From the NCBI GenBank assembly GCA_029247365.1, contig JAQWLJ010000046.1, positions 11,158 to 75,157 of the forward strand: a DNA stretch of 64,000 nt, given 5' to 3'. Shown here piece by piece: positions 19,343-29,845 of this stretch. Source of the DNA: Acidimicrobiales bacterium. Its GTDB lineage: Bacteria > Actinomycetota > Acidimicrobiia > Acidimicrobiales > Aldehydirespiratoraceae. Position 1 is the stretch's first letter; each line of letters begins with the position of its first letter. A program made the position numbers and the translations under genes. The notes under the pieces were generated by a model. It searched no databases. It saw only the letters and a list, made by a program, of their open reading frames with translations, and had not been told where the DNA came from.

Positions 19343-21013
19343 ATGAGTTTGTTCGGCGACATCGGCACCCCCACCCCCGTCTCGGCGCCCCGCGGCAGCG
19401 ACCTCAGCTGTAAGGGGTGGCCGCAAGAAGCCGCCTTCAGGATGCTGCAGAACAATCTCGACCCAGCGGTTGCGGAGAACCCCGACGAACTCGTCGTCTA
19501 TGGCGGTACTGGCCGAGCAGCACGATCATGGCCGGCCTTCCACGCCATGCTCGACACGCTCCGCACCCTCGACCACGACGAAACGATGCTCGTGCAGTCG
19601 GGCAAACCGGTGGGCGTGCTTCGCACCCATGAATGGGCGCCGCGGGTGATCATCGCCAACTCGAACCTCGTTCCCGACTGGGCGAACTGGGACGAGTTCC
19701 GACGGCTCGAGCACGAGGGTCTCACCATGTACGGCCAGATGACGGCCGGGTCGTGGATCTACATCGGAACCCAGGGAATTCTCCAAGGCACCTACGAGTG
19801 CTTTGCCGAGATCGCGCGGCGGCGCTTCGGCGGCAGCCTCGCCGGCACGCTGACGATCACCGCCGGCGCCGGTGGCATGGGCGGCGCTCAGCCGCTTGCC
19901 GTCACGATGAACGATGGAGTGGTTCTGATCGTTGACGTCGACCAACACATGCTCGACCGACGCGTCGAACACCGCTACCTCGACGAGGTCGCTCCTGACT
20001 ACGAGACCGCCGTGCGACGAGTCACTGAGGCCAAGGCGAGCCGGACACCGCTGTCGGTCGGGCTACTCGGCAACGCCGCCGCCATCCTCCCGCGATTGCT
20101 GGCCGACGGTATCGACGCCGACATCGTGACCGACCAGACCTCCGCGCACGACCCGCTCTCCTACCTGCCGAACGACGTCTCACCTGACGCCGCAGCAGAG
20201 CTGCGGACGAGCGACCCGCAGGAGTTCACCCGCCGCGCCCGCCTCGCCATGGCAACCCACTGTCAGGCGATGGTCGGCTTCATGGATGCCGGGGCCGAGG
20301 TCTTCGACTACGGCAACAGCCTTCGCGCCGAAGCGCAGCTCGGAGGATTCAGTCGAGCCTTCGACTACCCCGGGTTCCTCCCGGCCTACATCCGGCCCCT
20401 TTTCTGTGAAGGCATGGGGCCGTTCCGCTGGGTCGCGCTGTCCGGCGATCCGGCCGACATCGACGCCACCGACCGCGCCGTGCTCGAAGAGTTTCCCGAC
20501 AACGAGTCACTCACCCGCTGGATTCGCCTTGCCAGAGAACGCGTTGCATTCCAAGGGCTTCCCGCCCGCATCTGCTGGCTCGGGTACGGGGAACGCCATC
20601 GTCTCGGTCTGCGCTTCAACGAAATGGTGAAGTCGGGCGAACTCAAAGCCCCGATCGTCATCGGCCGCGACCACCTCGATTCAGGCTCCGTCGCCTCTCC
20701 GTACCGAGAAACTGAGGGCATGGCCGATGGTTCCGACGCCATTGCCGACTGGCCACTTCTCAATGGGCTCGTCAATACATGCTCGGGTGCGACCTGGGTG
20801 AGCCTCCATCACGGCGGAGGAGTCGGGATCGGTCGGTCGATCCACGCCGGACAAGTCTCGATCGCCGACGGCAGCGACCTTGCCGCCGAGAAGCTCGAAC
20901 GAGTCCTCACCAACGATCCGGCGACGGGTGTGATGCGCCATGTCGATGCCGGGTACGACCGAGCTGTCGAAGTGGCACATGAGCGGGGCGTTCAGGTACC
21001 CATGCAACGATGA
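19343..21013 (+). CDS. hutU: Urocanate hydratase
   Basis: About 556 aa with GGMGGAQP (NAD site) and family-wide similarity. ATG at 19343 follows AGAGGAAG. Confidence 0.95.
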   Translation: MSLFGDIGTPTPVSAPRGSDLSCKGWPQEAAFRMLQNNLDPAVAENPDELVVYGGTGRAARSWPAFHAMLDTLRTLDHDETMLVQSGKPVGVLRTHEWAPRVIIANSNLVPDWANWDEFRRLEHEGLTMYGQMTAGSWIYIGTQGILQGTYECFAEIARRRFGGSLAGTLTITAGAGGMGGAQPLAVTMNDGVVLIVDVDQHMLDRRVEHRYLDEVAPDYETAVRRVTEAKASRTPLSVGLLGNAAAILPRLLADGIDADIVTDQTSAHDPLSYLPNDVSPDAAAELRTSDPQEFTRRARLAMATHCQAMVGFMDAGAEVFDYGNSLRAEAQLGGFSRAFDYPGFLPAYIRPLFCEGMGPFRWVALSGDPADIDATDRAVLEEFPDNESLTRWIRLARERVAFQGLPARICWLGYGERHRLGLRFNEMVKSGELKAPIVIGRDHLDSGSVASPYRETEGMADGSDAIADWPLLNGLVNTCSGATWVSLHHGGGVGIGRSIHAGQVSIADGSDLAAEKLERVLTNDPATGVMRHVDAGYDRAVEVAHERGVQVPMQR

Positions 21014-21579
21014 CTGTGCATAGCATCCTTCAACTCGGCGACCCCGAGCTTCGGATCGTGGCCCAGCCGATCGACCCGGCTGACATCGCAACGGTCGAGG
21101 TCCAAACGCTGATCGACGACCTGATCGAGACGATGCGCGACGCCAGTGGGGCCGGCCTCGCGGCGACGCAGATCGGCATCCATCGGCGGGTCGTCGTCAT
21201 GGAGGTCACCTCGAACCCGCGCTATCCGTACAAACCACCGCTGCCGCTAACGGTGGCGATCAATCCCGAGATCGAGCAGTTCGACGATGAGATGGTCGAG
21301 ATCAACGAGGGCTGCCTGTCCGTTCCGCTGCGGGGCAACGTACTGCGCAACGTGAACATCCGGGTGCGGTTCCTCGACCGCAACGGCGTAGTCCACGAGG
21401 AGGTCAAACGGGGACTCACCGCAGGAACGTGGCAACACGAGTGCGATCACCTCGACGGCCAGCTGATCACCGATCGGGCCGATCCAACGTCACTCGCGAC
21501 CTGGGACGAGTACGAACGTCACCACCGCGACGCGTTCGTCGAGCGCATCATGGAGTTCGTGGAACGGGTCGGGTCTTGA
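21010..21579 (+). CDS. def: Peptide deformylase homolog embedded in the hut operon
   Basis: All three PDF motifs are present: [17 protein letters not shown] and HECDHLDG. The ATG overlaps the hutU stop (ATGA), and its stop overlaps the hutF TTG start (TTGA). Confidence 0.9.
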   Translation: MTVHSILQLGDPELRIVAQPIDPADIATVEVQTLIDDLIETMRDASGAGLAATQIGIHRRVVVMEVTSNPRYPYKPPLPLTVAINPEIEQFDDEMVEINEGCLSVPLRGNVLRNVNIRVRFLDRNGVVHEEVKRGLTAGTWQHECDHLDGQLITDRADPTSLATWDEYERHHRDAFVERIMEFVERVGS

Positions 21580-22913
21580 CCAACTGGTGGTGCGAGTTCG
21601 CAGCGATCGGCGGCGTCGTGCACGCGGGCGTCACAATCACTGCCTGCGACGGCCGGTTCACCAGCATCGTCCCCGACACCGCAGCACCGGCCGATACCGA
21701 GCGACTGTACGGCTTGACCATCCCCGGACTTGCGAACTCCCACAGCCATGCCTTCCACCGGGCGCTTCGCTCGCGAACCCAAGCCGGCCGCGGCTCGTTC
21801 TGGACATGGCGCAAGGTCATGTACGAGGCTGCCGCTCGACTCGATCCCGAGAACTACCACCGTCTCGCGCGGGCGGTCTTTGCCGAAATGGCATTGGCCG
21901 GACAAACGGTTGTCGGCGAGTTCCACTACGTGCATCATCAGCCTGATGGCACGCCCTATGGCGACCCGAACGTGATGGGCCACGCACTCCTCGCCGCCGC
22001 CGATGAGGCGGGCATCCGGATCACACTCCTCGACACGATGTACCTGCATGGCGGCCTCGACGCCAACGGTTACCAGCCGGTCGACGGACCCCAGCGCCGC
22101 TACGCCGATGCCGATGCCGATGCATGGGCAGAACGCATCGACGACCTGAAGCCCGGGGCCAACCAGCTGATCGGTGGCGCGATCCACAGCGTTCGGGCGG
22201 TTGATCCGGAATCGATCACCGTGGCCGTCGAGTTCACATGCGGCGCCGCTATGCCGCTTCACGCCCACGTCAGCGAACAGACGGAGGAGAACGACGCATG
22301 CTTCGTTCACCACGGCACCACACCGGTAGTCATGCTCGACCGAGCGGGTTCGCTCAGCCCCGCCTTTACCGCCGTCCATGCCACCCACTTGCGTGTCGAC
22401 GACGTACGCCGTCTCGGCGCGTCGGGAGCGACGGTGTGCATGTGCCCGACGACTGAACGAGATCTCGGCGACGGGATCGGACCCACCATCGATCTGACCG
22501 AGGCCGGCGTTTCGATCCATCTGGGCAGCGACTCGCACGCGGTTATCGATCACTTCGTTGAGGCCAGAGCGATCGAACTGCACGAACGCCTACGAAGCGA
22601 GTGCCGCGGCCTTCACCGCGCCCCCGACCTCCTTGCGATGGCAACCGTCAACGGGCACCAAGCGCTCGGTTGGACCACGGCGGGGCGCCTCGAGGTAGGG
22701 AACCGGGCTGATCTCGTCACGATCCGACTCGACAGCGAGCGTACAGCGGGGACACCGCCCGACCTTGCCGTCGCAACTGCGGTCTTCGCTGCCACGTCGA
22801 GCGACATCAGCACCGTCGTCGTCGATGGCCACGCTGTAGTCGCCGACGGCCACCATCTGTCGATCGACGTCGCGGCCGAACTCCAGGCCTCAATCAAGGA
22901 GCTCTTCACGTGA
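21576..22913 (+). CDS. hutF: Formimidoylglutamate deiminase
   Basis: WWCEFA… followed by [20 protein letters not shown] (HutF-type HxH region). About 445 aa. The upstream part of ORF 21429-22913 overlaps def and is not protein-like. Confidence 0.88.
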   Translation: MTNWWCEFAAIGGVVHAGVTITACDGRFTSIVPDTAAPADTERLYGLTIPGLANSHSHAFHRALRSRTQAGRGSFWTWRKVMYEAAARLDPENYHRLARAVFAEMALAGQTVVGEFHYVHHQPDGTPYGDPNVMGHALLAAADEAGIRITLLDTMYLHGGLDANGYQPVDGPQRRYADADADAWAERIDDLKPGANQLIGGAIHSVRAVDPESITVAVEFTCGAAMPLHAHVSEQTEENDACFVHHGTTPVVMLDRAGSLSPAFTAVHATHLRVDDVRRLGASGATVCMCPTTERDLGDGIGPTIDLTEAGVSIHLGSDSHAVIDHFVEARAIELHERLRSECRGLHRAPDLLAMATVNGHQALGWTTAGRLEVGNRADLVTIRLDSERTAGTPPDLAVATAVFAATSSDISTVVVDGHAVVADGHHLSIDVAAELQASIKELFT

Positions 22914-24067
22914 CCACAACGGTCATCGATCACATTGGCCTGCTGATCACCAACGATTCGGCGTTGGGTGAGGGGCCCCTCGGCCAACGCCGTAACGCAT
23001 CGGTCGTGATCGAAGACGACCGGGTTGTTTCTGTCGGCGATGCCGGCCAAATTGCCGACAAGCGAATCGATGCCGAAGGCGCATGCGTCCTTCCAGGCTT
23101 TGTCGACAGCCACACGCATCTGGTGTTCGCGGGCGACCGGAGCGAAGAGTTCACCGCTCGCATGTCGGGCCAGCCCTACGACGGTGGCGGCATCCGGGTG
23201 ACGACGGAAGCCACCCGCTCGACCAGCACCGCCGAACTCGACCGACTCGTTCGCCTGCGTCTCGCCGAGGCCCACCGGGCGGGCACGACCACCATCGAGA
23301 TCAAGTCGGGCTACGGGCTCAACGTCGAAGACGAGGCCCGTAGCCTCGACATCGCAAGGCGCCACACCAGTGAGACCACCTTCCTGGGTGCACACCTCGT
23401 GCCTTCGGAATACGTCGGCAACGAGGACGACTATGTCGACCTGGTCTGCGGCGACATGCTCGCTGCGTCGGCCCCGTATGCCAAGTGGATCGATGCGTTC
23501 TGTGAGTCCGGGGCGTTCGATGCCGAACAGAGCCGGGCCGTGCTCGAAGCGGGCGCCGCTGTCGGCTTGACCGGTCGCCTTCACGGCAACCAACTCGGGC
23601 CCGGTCCGGGAGTGCAGCTTGCCGTCGAGTGCGGATGCGCCTCCGTCGACCACTGCACCTATCTGACAGACGCCGACATCAACGCCCTTGCCGATTCCAA
23701 CACGGTCGCGACGTTCTTGCCCGCCGCCGACTTTTCAACGAAGCAGCCCTACGCCGACGCCCGCCGGGTGCTCGATGCCGGGGTCACGGTTGCGCTCGCA
23801 TCAAACTGCAATCCCGGTTCGAGCTACACGACCTCTATCTCGTTCTGCATCGCTATCGCTGTGCGCGACATGGGCATGACAATCGACGAGGCGATCCAGG
23901 CGGTCACGCTCGGGGGTGCCGCCGCACTTCGCCGCGATGACATCGGCCGCCTCACGCCAGGCAGCGCTGGTCACGCGGTGATCCTCGATGCCCCAAGTCA
24001 TCATCACCTTGCCTATCGCCCCGGCGTGCCCCTGATCCGGGACACGATCGGACCCCTTGGCCACTGA
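22910..24067 (+). CDS. hutI: Imidazolonepropionase
   Basis: [14 protein letters not shown]. 385 aa. The GTG start overlaps the hutF stop (GTGA). Confidence 0.93.
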   Translation: MTTTVIDHIGLLITNDSALGEGPLGQRRNASVVIEDDRVVSVGDAGQIADKRIDAEGACVLPGFVDSHTHLVFAGDRSEEFTARMSGQPYDGGGIRVTTEATRSTSTAELDRLVRLRLAEAHRAGTTTIEIKSGYGLNVEDEARSLDIARRHTSETTFLGAHLVPSEYVGNEDDYVDLVCGDMLAASAPYAKWIDAFCESGAFDAEQSRAVLEAGAAVGLTGRLHGNQLGPGPGVQLAVECGCASVDHCTYLTDADINALADSNTVATFLPAADFSTKQPYADARRVLDAGVTVALASNCNPGSSYTTSISFCIAIAVRDMGMTIDEAIQAVTLGGAAALRRDDIGRLTPGSAGHAVILDAPSHHHLAYRPGVPLIRDTIGPLGH

Positions 24068-24073
24068 CCGTGG

Positions 24074-24724
24074 TCAGCTCACGGGCCGCAGACTCGACCC
24101 GATCACCGCACTGATCTGGTCGTGAAGACTCCGGATGTGATCGGCCATCAGCGCTGCGGCTGCGTCGCCGTCACCGCTGCGCAGGACGGCGAGCATCTGT
24201 CGGTGCTCCTCAATCGTCGTTCGCATATCGGTGATCTCGATCAAATGCATGTGCCACAGGCGGTCGCTCTGGGCGTAGAGGGCATCGACGGTTCGGCCCA
24301 GAAATCGATTGCCGGAGGCGGCCCAGATGAGCTCGTGGCATCGCCGGTCCACAGCGACGCGCTGGTGAAACGTCGCCGAAGCCTTCAGCTCGTCGAGGAC
24401 GGCCGCCATCTCGTCCCAATCGCTGATCGCCCCGCGACGGGCCGCCTCACGAGCCATGTATGGCTCGAGAAGTGCCCGAGACTCATAGAGGACCGGGAGT
24501 TCAAGCACATCGACGTTGGTGACGAACGCACCGCGTCGCGGTATCACGACGACGAACTCTTCGTGTTCGAGCCGTTGCAGCGCCTGGTGGATCGGCGTGC
24601 GACCGAGTCCAGTGCGTTCCTGGAGGTCTTCTTGGCTGAGCACAGCGCCCGGTGGGAGTTCGAGCGTGACGATCATGTCGCGAAGCAGCAGATACGCAGT
24701 GTGGGTCAAGGACTCACCGGACAT
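24074..24724 (-). CDS. GntR-family (FadR/FCD subfamily) transcriptional regulator
   Basis: N-terminal wHTH (YLLLRDMIVTLELPPGAVLSQEDLQERTGLGRTPIHQALQRLE) plus a helical FCD-like C-terminal domain. Confidence 0.88.
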   Translation of the reverse strand: MSGESLTHTAYLLLRDMIVTLELPPGAVLSQEDLQERTGLGRTPIHQALQRLEHEEFVVVIPRRGAFVTNVDVLELPVLYESRALLEPYMAREAARRGAISDWDEMAAVLDELKASATFHQRVAVDRRCHELIWAASGNRFLGRTVDALYAQSDRLWHMHLIEITDMRTTIEEHRQMLAVLRSGDGDAAAALMADHIRSLHDQISAVIGSSLRPVS

Positions 24725-24815
24725 GATCGTCAGTATAACCTACAGCCTGATATTTTAGTATGATCAGCGGAGTAACCACGGGCCAAACCGGTCCATCACA
24801 AGAGGGATCCTTCAC

Positions 24816-26033
24816 ATGAGCGCTGACATGGACCGCCTGGTCACGTGGCACAACGGCGATAAGACGCCTGGACCGTTCTCTACAACCGAGATGGACCGCC
24901 GCCATGCGAACCTCCGCGCCTACATGGCCGGGAACGACATCGACGCCGCGCTGATGACCAGCTATCACAACATCTGCTACTTCAGCGGCTTCCTCTACTG
25001 CGCGTTCGGACGGAAGTACGGGCTCGTGGTCACCGCCGACAATGCCACCACGATCAGCGCCGGTATCGATGGCGGCCAACCATGGCGGCTCACGCACGGC
25101 GACAACATCACCTACACCGACTGGCGCAAGGACAACTTCTTCCACGCCGTCCAGACCCTGACCCCAGGCGCAAAGCGCATCGGTATCGAGTTCGACGAGG
25201 TCAACCTCGACCTGCTCGCCAAACTCGAAGCAGCGTTGCCCGGTGTCGAGTTTGTTGACGCAGGTACGCCCACCATGTGGATGCGCACGACCAAGTCTGC
25301 TGAAGAGATCGCTCACATCACGAAACTCACCGCAATCGCCGACCTCGGCGGCGAAGCCTGCCGCGCGGCGATCGCCGTGGGCGTGCCCGAGCACGAGGTC
25401 GCGCTCGCCTCGACCCAAACGATGGTCCGCGAACTCGCGAAGGCCTACGACTACAGCGAACTGATGGACACGTGGACGTGGTTCCAGTCCGGCATCAACA
25501 CCGATGGCGCTCACAACCCGGTCACCAACCGGGTCATGGAGTCGGGTGACATTTTGTCGCTGAACTGCTTTCCGATGCTGTTCGGGTATTACGTCGCGCT
25601 CGAGCGAACCTTGTTCGTCGAGTCGTGCTCCGATGCCCATCTCGAGGTCTGGAATCGCAACGTCGAGGTACACGAAGCTGGCCTCGAGCTAATCAAGCCG
25701 GGCAACTCGTGCGCCCAGATAGCTTCGACGCTCAACGACATCTACCGCGAATACGACCTGCTCAAGTACCGCTCGTTTGGGTACGGCCACAGCTTCGGGG
25801 TGCTGTGTCACTACTACGGCAGAGAGGCCGGAGTGGAGCTGCGTGAAGACATCGACACGGTCTTACAGCCCGGCATGGTCGTGTCGATGGAGCCAATGGT
25901 GATGATCCCTGAGGGTCAGCCCGGCGCCGGCGGCTACCGCGAGCACGATGTGCTCGTCATCAACGACGACGGCAGCGTCGACAACATCACCGGCTTCCCC
26001 TACGGCCCCGAACACAACATCGTCGGCGCCTAG
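24816..26033 (+). CDS. Creatinase (creatine amidinohydrolase), M24 fold
   Basis: Collinear with the Pseudomonas putida creatinase sequence as I remember it (…NGDK…YHNI.Y.S.FLYC.FGR.Y.LVVT…DGGQPW…TWFQSGINTDGAHNPVT…GYGHSFG…YYGREAG.ELREDIDTVL.PGMVVSMEP…). 405 aa. Confidence 0.88.
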   Translation: MSADMDRLVTWHNGDKTPGPFSTTEMDRRHANLRAYMAGNDIDAALMTSYHNICYFSGFLYCAFGRKYGLVVTADNATTISAGIDGGQPWRLTHGDNITYTDWRKDNFFHAVQTLTPGAKRIGIEFDEVNLDLLAKLEAALPGVEFVDAGTPTMWMRTTKSAEEIAHITKLTAIADLGGEACRAAIAVGVPEHEVALASTQTMVRELAKAYDYSELMDTWTWFQSGINTDGAHNPVTNRVMESGDILSLNCFPMLFGYYVALERTLFVESCSDAHLEVWNRNVEVHEAGLELIKPGNSCAQIASTLNDIYREYDLLKYRSFGYGHSFGVLCHYYGREAGVELREDIDTVLQPGMVVSMEPMVMIPEGQPGAGGYREHDVLVINDDGSVDNITGFPYGPEHNIVGA

Positions 26034-26174
26034 GCTCACCACTCAGCAGCCCTGCGATTCGGGGTCGAGCACGATCGAGATCGTGAGAGCATCGATCTTC
26101 CACAGGACGCGGTCCTGGCCGCGACCGGCCAGACGGAAGCCAGGAAATCATCGACACTGAACATTCGTTCAGGC

Positions 26175-27266
26175 ATGATTTGCGGGGTGAACGCCGATCT
26201 GATCGATGTAGCAGTTGGTACCGGGCACCGCCCGGTACCAACTGTGTGGCTTCGAATGCATTGCCCATGCGAGGCCTGCATGTTGATCGAGATTGGTGAA
26301 CGCCGCGTGATGATTACGTCACCCGATGAGTGGACCCCGACGAGCGTCAACCAGACAGACGCGATGACGACCGTGACGTGGGCGTCCGGCCACGTCTCGA
26401 CGTATGAGTCGGGATTCATTTCCCTAATGGAGGCAAAGGCTCACCGACGCCAGTGGGTTCCGACCCTGTGGGACGGCACCCACACGGTCGCCGAGATCAA
26501 TCACGATCACTTCATGACCGATACCGACGCTCGCATTGCCGCACTCGTTCGCTACCGCGCCGAGGGAGTTCTCGTTTTGCGGGGCGTACCCACATCGGGG
26601 ACACCGAGCGAAGACTTTCTCGACTCGATCCGCATCCCAATCTGGGAGGGACCGTTCGGCCTTCGATCGATCGATACCCAAGTGCAAGCAACGGCGTACA
26701 ACGTCGCCGAGACAGCCGAGGCTCTCCCGCCTCACACCGACCTCGCCGGCTATCAGTGGCCCCCGTCGGGCCAGATGCTTCACATGCTGATCAACGAGGC
26801 TGCAGGCGGCGACTCGCTCGTCGTCGATGGGTGGCGGGTCCTCACTGAGTTCCGGGCTGACGAGCCCACAATGTTCGAGACTCTCACGCAGGTAGCGGTT
26901 GCTCACCGGATCTTCTCCGAGGACCGAGAAACCTACGCCCGAGCGCCGCTCGTGCGCCTCGACACATCAGGCGAGATCAACGGGTTCCGCTTCAGCAACC
27001 AGACGCTGCAACCCCTTCCCCTCGACGAGCCGCGCTTAGCCGAGTGGTACCGGGCCTACACCGAACTCACTCGTCGAATCTGTATGCCGACGCAGTCTGC
27101 GACATTCAGACTGGCGACGGGCGACGCCTATCTGACCCACGCCCACCGTGTGCTGCATGCGCGCACCGCATTCTCGGCCAACGGCGAGCGATGCATCCGT
27201 GACGTCTACTTCGAGTTTGACCACGTCCTCGCCGAAATCGACCGGCTGACCGGCGACAACCCATAG
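26175..27266 (+). CDS. Fe(II)/2-oxoglutarate dioxygenase of the gamma-butyrobetaine hydroxylase (TauD/BBOX) type with an N-terminal DUF971 zinc domain
   Basis: N-terminal VWLRMHCPCEAC (CxCxxC), facial triad HTD (PPHTDLAGY) and a distal His (HAHRVLHARTAF). 363 aa. Confidence 0.8.
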   Translation: MICGVNADLIDVAVGTGHRPVPTVWLRMHCPCEACMLIEIGERRVMITSPDEWTPTSVNQTDAMTTVTWASGHVSTYESGFISLMEAKAHRRQWVPTLWDGTHTVAEINHDHFMTDTDARIAALVRYRAEGVLVLRGVPTSGTPSEDFLDSIRIPIWEGPFGLRSIDTQVQATAYNVAETAEALPPHTDLAGYQWPPSGQMLHMLINEAAGGDSLVVDGWRVLTEFRADEPTMFETLTQVAVAHRIFSEDRETYARAPLVRLDTSGEINGFRFSNQTLQPLPLDEPRLAEWYRAYTELTRRICMPTQSATFRLATGDAYLTHAHRVLHARTAFSANGERCIRDVYFEFDHVLAEIDRLTGDNP

Positions 27267-27332
27267 GGAAGAACCGTCTCGCGCCGAAGGTCTCGTCGTA
27301 GACTTGCCCGTTCCCCCACAGAAGTTGTCGCA

Positions 27333-29054
27333 ATGAGCGAACCCGAAACCACCCCCACCGACCGACAGTCGCCTGGAGGGTTCGCCGCCCTTGGCTTGCG
27401 CGACGAACTTATCCGAACCACCTCCGCCCTCGGCTACGAAGAACCCACCCCCATCCAGCGTGAGGCCATCCCCCACATGCTGACCGGACGAGATCTCCTC
27501 GGGCAGGCCGCGACCGGCACCGGAAAGACCGCCGCATTCGCGCTTCCCATCCTCAACGCGATCGAGCCGGGCGCCGAGGCGTCACCCTGCGCGCTCGTCG
27601 TCGTCCCAACCCGCGAGCTCGCTGTGCAGGTGAGTGAGGCGATGTTCAAGTACGGCACCGAGCAGCGCGTCAAGGTCGTTCCGATCTACGGCGGTCAGCC
27701 AATCCAACGCCAACTGCAGGCGCTTCGTCGCGGGGTACACGTCGTGGTGGCAACGCCGGGCCGGGCGATCGACCACATCCGACGCGGTTCACTCGAGCTC
27801 GACAGCATCCAGACGGTCGTCCTTGACGAGGCCGACGAGATGCTCGACATGGGCTTCAGTGAAGACATCGAGACGATCCTCGAAGAGACGCCACCGACGC
27901 GTCAGACCGTCCTGTTCTCGGCGACCATGCCGCCACGAATCAATGCGATCGCCGAGAAGTACCAGGATGATCCCACGCGGATCAAGATCGGCGCGTCGGA
28001 GACGGCGGCCGACCGAGCACTCGTCCGACAGAGCGCCTACATCGTTACCCGCCACCACAAGGCTTCGGCTCTCGGCCGCGTGCTCGACATGGAGGGGCCG
28101 ACCGCTGCGATCGTCTTCTGCCGAACTCGGGGCGAGGTGGACGAGCTCACTGCCACGATGAACGGCCGCGGCTACCGAGCCGAAGCCCTACATGGCGGGA
28201 TGGACCAGCAGCAACGCGACCGGGTCATGAGCCGGCTACGCGACGGCACAGCCGAACTCCTTGTTGCGACCGACGTCGCTGCTCGTGGACTCGATATCGA
28301 CACGCTGACCCACGTCGTCAACTACGACGTGCCGTCGTCACCTGAGAGCTACGTCCATCGCATCGGCCGCGTCGGCCGCGCTGGACGCGAGGGTGTGGCA
28401 ATCACCCTCGCCGAGCCGCGACAGCGCCGCCTGCTCCAAAACATCGAACGCCTCACCAAACAGACGATCGAGATCACGAAGGTTCCCACCGTCGGCGACC
28501 TGCGAGCGAAACAGATCGAGGTGACCGTCGACGGTTTGCGCGAAGCACTGCTGTCCGACGACCTCGAGGACTACACGTCTGTGCTCTACGAGCTCTCCAG
28601 CGAAGGAGCGATCGACCGCGCTATCGCGCTTGCGGCGGTGAAGCTGTACCACCAGGCCCGTGGGGCGACGGCCGACGAGGTCGAAATCCCGGACGCTTCA
28701 GAACGCATGCTCCGCGAAGCACGCGATGCCCGCGGCAAGGGCAAGAAAAAAACCCATGACCATGCTGGCGGCCCCAAAGGCAAGGGCAAGGGCAAGCAGC
28801 GCGGGAACGTCGGGCCAGGAACCAGCCTGATCTTCGTCGGCCTCGGTCGTCGAGCTGGCATGCGCCCCGGTGATCTCGTCGGCTGCATCGCCAACGAAAC
28901 CGAGCTCACCGGCCGTGAGATCGGACCGATCCGTATCGCCGACAAGTATTCGGTTGTCGGTGTTCCCGAAGCAGCGGTGGAGTCAACGATCGCAGCGATC
29001 AACGATTCAACGATTCGCGGCAAGCGCGCTCACGCTCGCCGCTATGTCGACTGA
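27333..29054 (+). CDS. deaD: DEAD-box ATP-dependent RNA helicase (DeaD/CsdA-like with DbpA-type C-terminal domain)
   Basis: Motifs AATGTGKT, PTRELA, DEADEM, SAT and HRIGRVGRAG. A KGKGK-rich linker precedes the C-terminal RNA-binding domain. Confidence 0.93.
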   Translation: MSEPETTPTDRQSPGGFAALGLRDELIRTTSALGYEEPTPIQREAIPHMLTGRDLLGQAATGTGKTAAFALPILNAIEPGAEASPCALVVVPTRELAVQVSEAMFKYGTEQRVKVVPIYGGQPIQRQLQALRRGVHVVVATPGRAIDHIRRGSLELDSIQTVVLDEADEMLDMGFSEDIETILEETPPTRQTVLFSATMPPRINAIAEKYQDDPTRIKIGASETAADRALVRQSAYIVTRHHKASALGRVLDMEGPTAAIVFCRTRGEVDELTATMNGRGYRAEALHGGMDQQQRDRVMSRLRDGTAELLVATDVAARGLDIDTLTHVVNYDVPSSPESYVHRIGRVGRAGREGVAITLAEPRQRRLLQNIERLTKQTIEITKVPTVGDLRAKQIEVTVDGLREALLSDDLEDYTSVLYELSSEGAIDRAIALAAVKLYHQARGATADEVEIPDASERMLREARDARGKGKKKTHDHAGGPKGKGKGKQRGNVGPGTSLIFVGLGRRAGMRPGDLVGCIANETELTGREIGPIRIADKYSVVGVPEAAVESTIAAINDSTIRGKRAHARRYVD

Positions 29055-29110
29055 CCCGACTCGCCCGATCGCTCGGGAGCACGGCGTGAGGTTCTCGTCG
29101 TCAGGAGCCG

Positions 29111-29833
29111 CTAGCCGCCGTCGCGGCTGAAGTGCTGGTAGTCGAGTGAGTTCTGCCAGTCACCACCCCAGCCCCAGCCAATCGACGCGAAAGCCTCGGT
29201 AACGACGTCGCCCGCCACGATGAGGCCGGGTACGGTTGCGTCTCGCTCGACATAGGCATCCCCATCAGGCGGCTCGACCTGATCGCCGCGCACCCACGGG
29301 TTCGCGAGCGGGTTGATGTCGATGGCACGGCCGTACGCGTGCTCACTCCAACGGTCTGTGCCACCGATGACACGGCAGTTGAACGCCGACGAGTTGTTGG
29401 CGCGCATGGAGGCGTTGTCATCGCCGTCGAAGTCGGAGATAGGCCGCATGGACTCGATGGGGAAGCGGGCGTCGAAGAGTTGCTCGAAGACGGATACGAC
29501 GACGTTGACCTGGTCGGCATGCACGACCAGCACGCCGGTCGACGTGTTGCCCCCAGAGTCCCAGTGCGCGACTTCGACCCACCGAAGCTCCTCAAACGGC
29601 ACAGGGCAGCCGTCACGCCACGACGCACCGAGTTCGTCCAGGCCGATCGCCCGGGCGCTGCTCGTAAACCTCGGTTCGGGAGTGTCAGTCGTGGTCGCAG
29701 AAATCGTTGCGGTGATGATCGTCGTCGTAGCCAACGGTAAGTCCGTGGTCGTGGTGGTCGTCGGAGCGAGCGCTACCTCAGCTGTTCCGCACGCAACAGT
29801 CAGCAGGCAGACGGCAATCACAAAGAAGCGCAC
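29111..29833 (-). CDS. M15-family peptidoglycan peptidase, lipoprotein
   Basis: Signal/lipobox MRFFVIAVCLLTVAC, a Thr-rich linker and the zinc motif SEHAYGRAIDINP. Confidence 0.8.
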   Translation of the reverse strand: MRFFVIAVCLLTVACGTAEVALAPTTTTTTDLPLATTTIITATISATTTDTPEPRFTSSARAIGLDELGASWRDGCPVPFEELRWVEVAHWDSGGNTSTGVLVVHADQVNVVVSVFEQLFDARFPIESMRPISDFDGDDNASMRANNSSAFNCRVIGGTDRWSEHAYGRAIDINPLANPWVRGDQVEPPDGDAYVERDATVPGLIVAGDVVTEAFASIGWGWGGDWQNSLDYQHFSRDGG

Positions 29834-29845
29834 GTCCCCAGTGGA

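Noticed and set aside
26115-26132. A 7-bp GC stem-loop (CTGGCCG-CGAC-CGGCCAG) between the creatinase and the dioxygenase, as a possible terminator or attenuator.
   Set aside because: There is no U-tract and the stem is short. Such hairpins are frequent in GC-rich intergenic DNA, so it is not reported as a feature.
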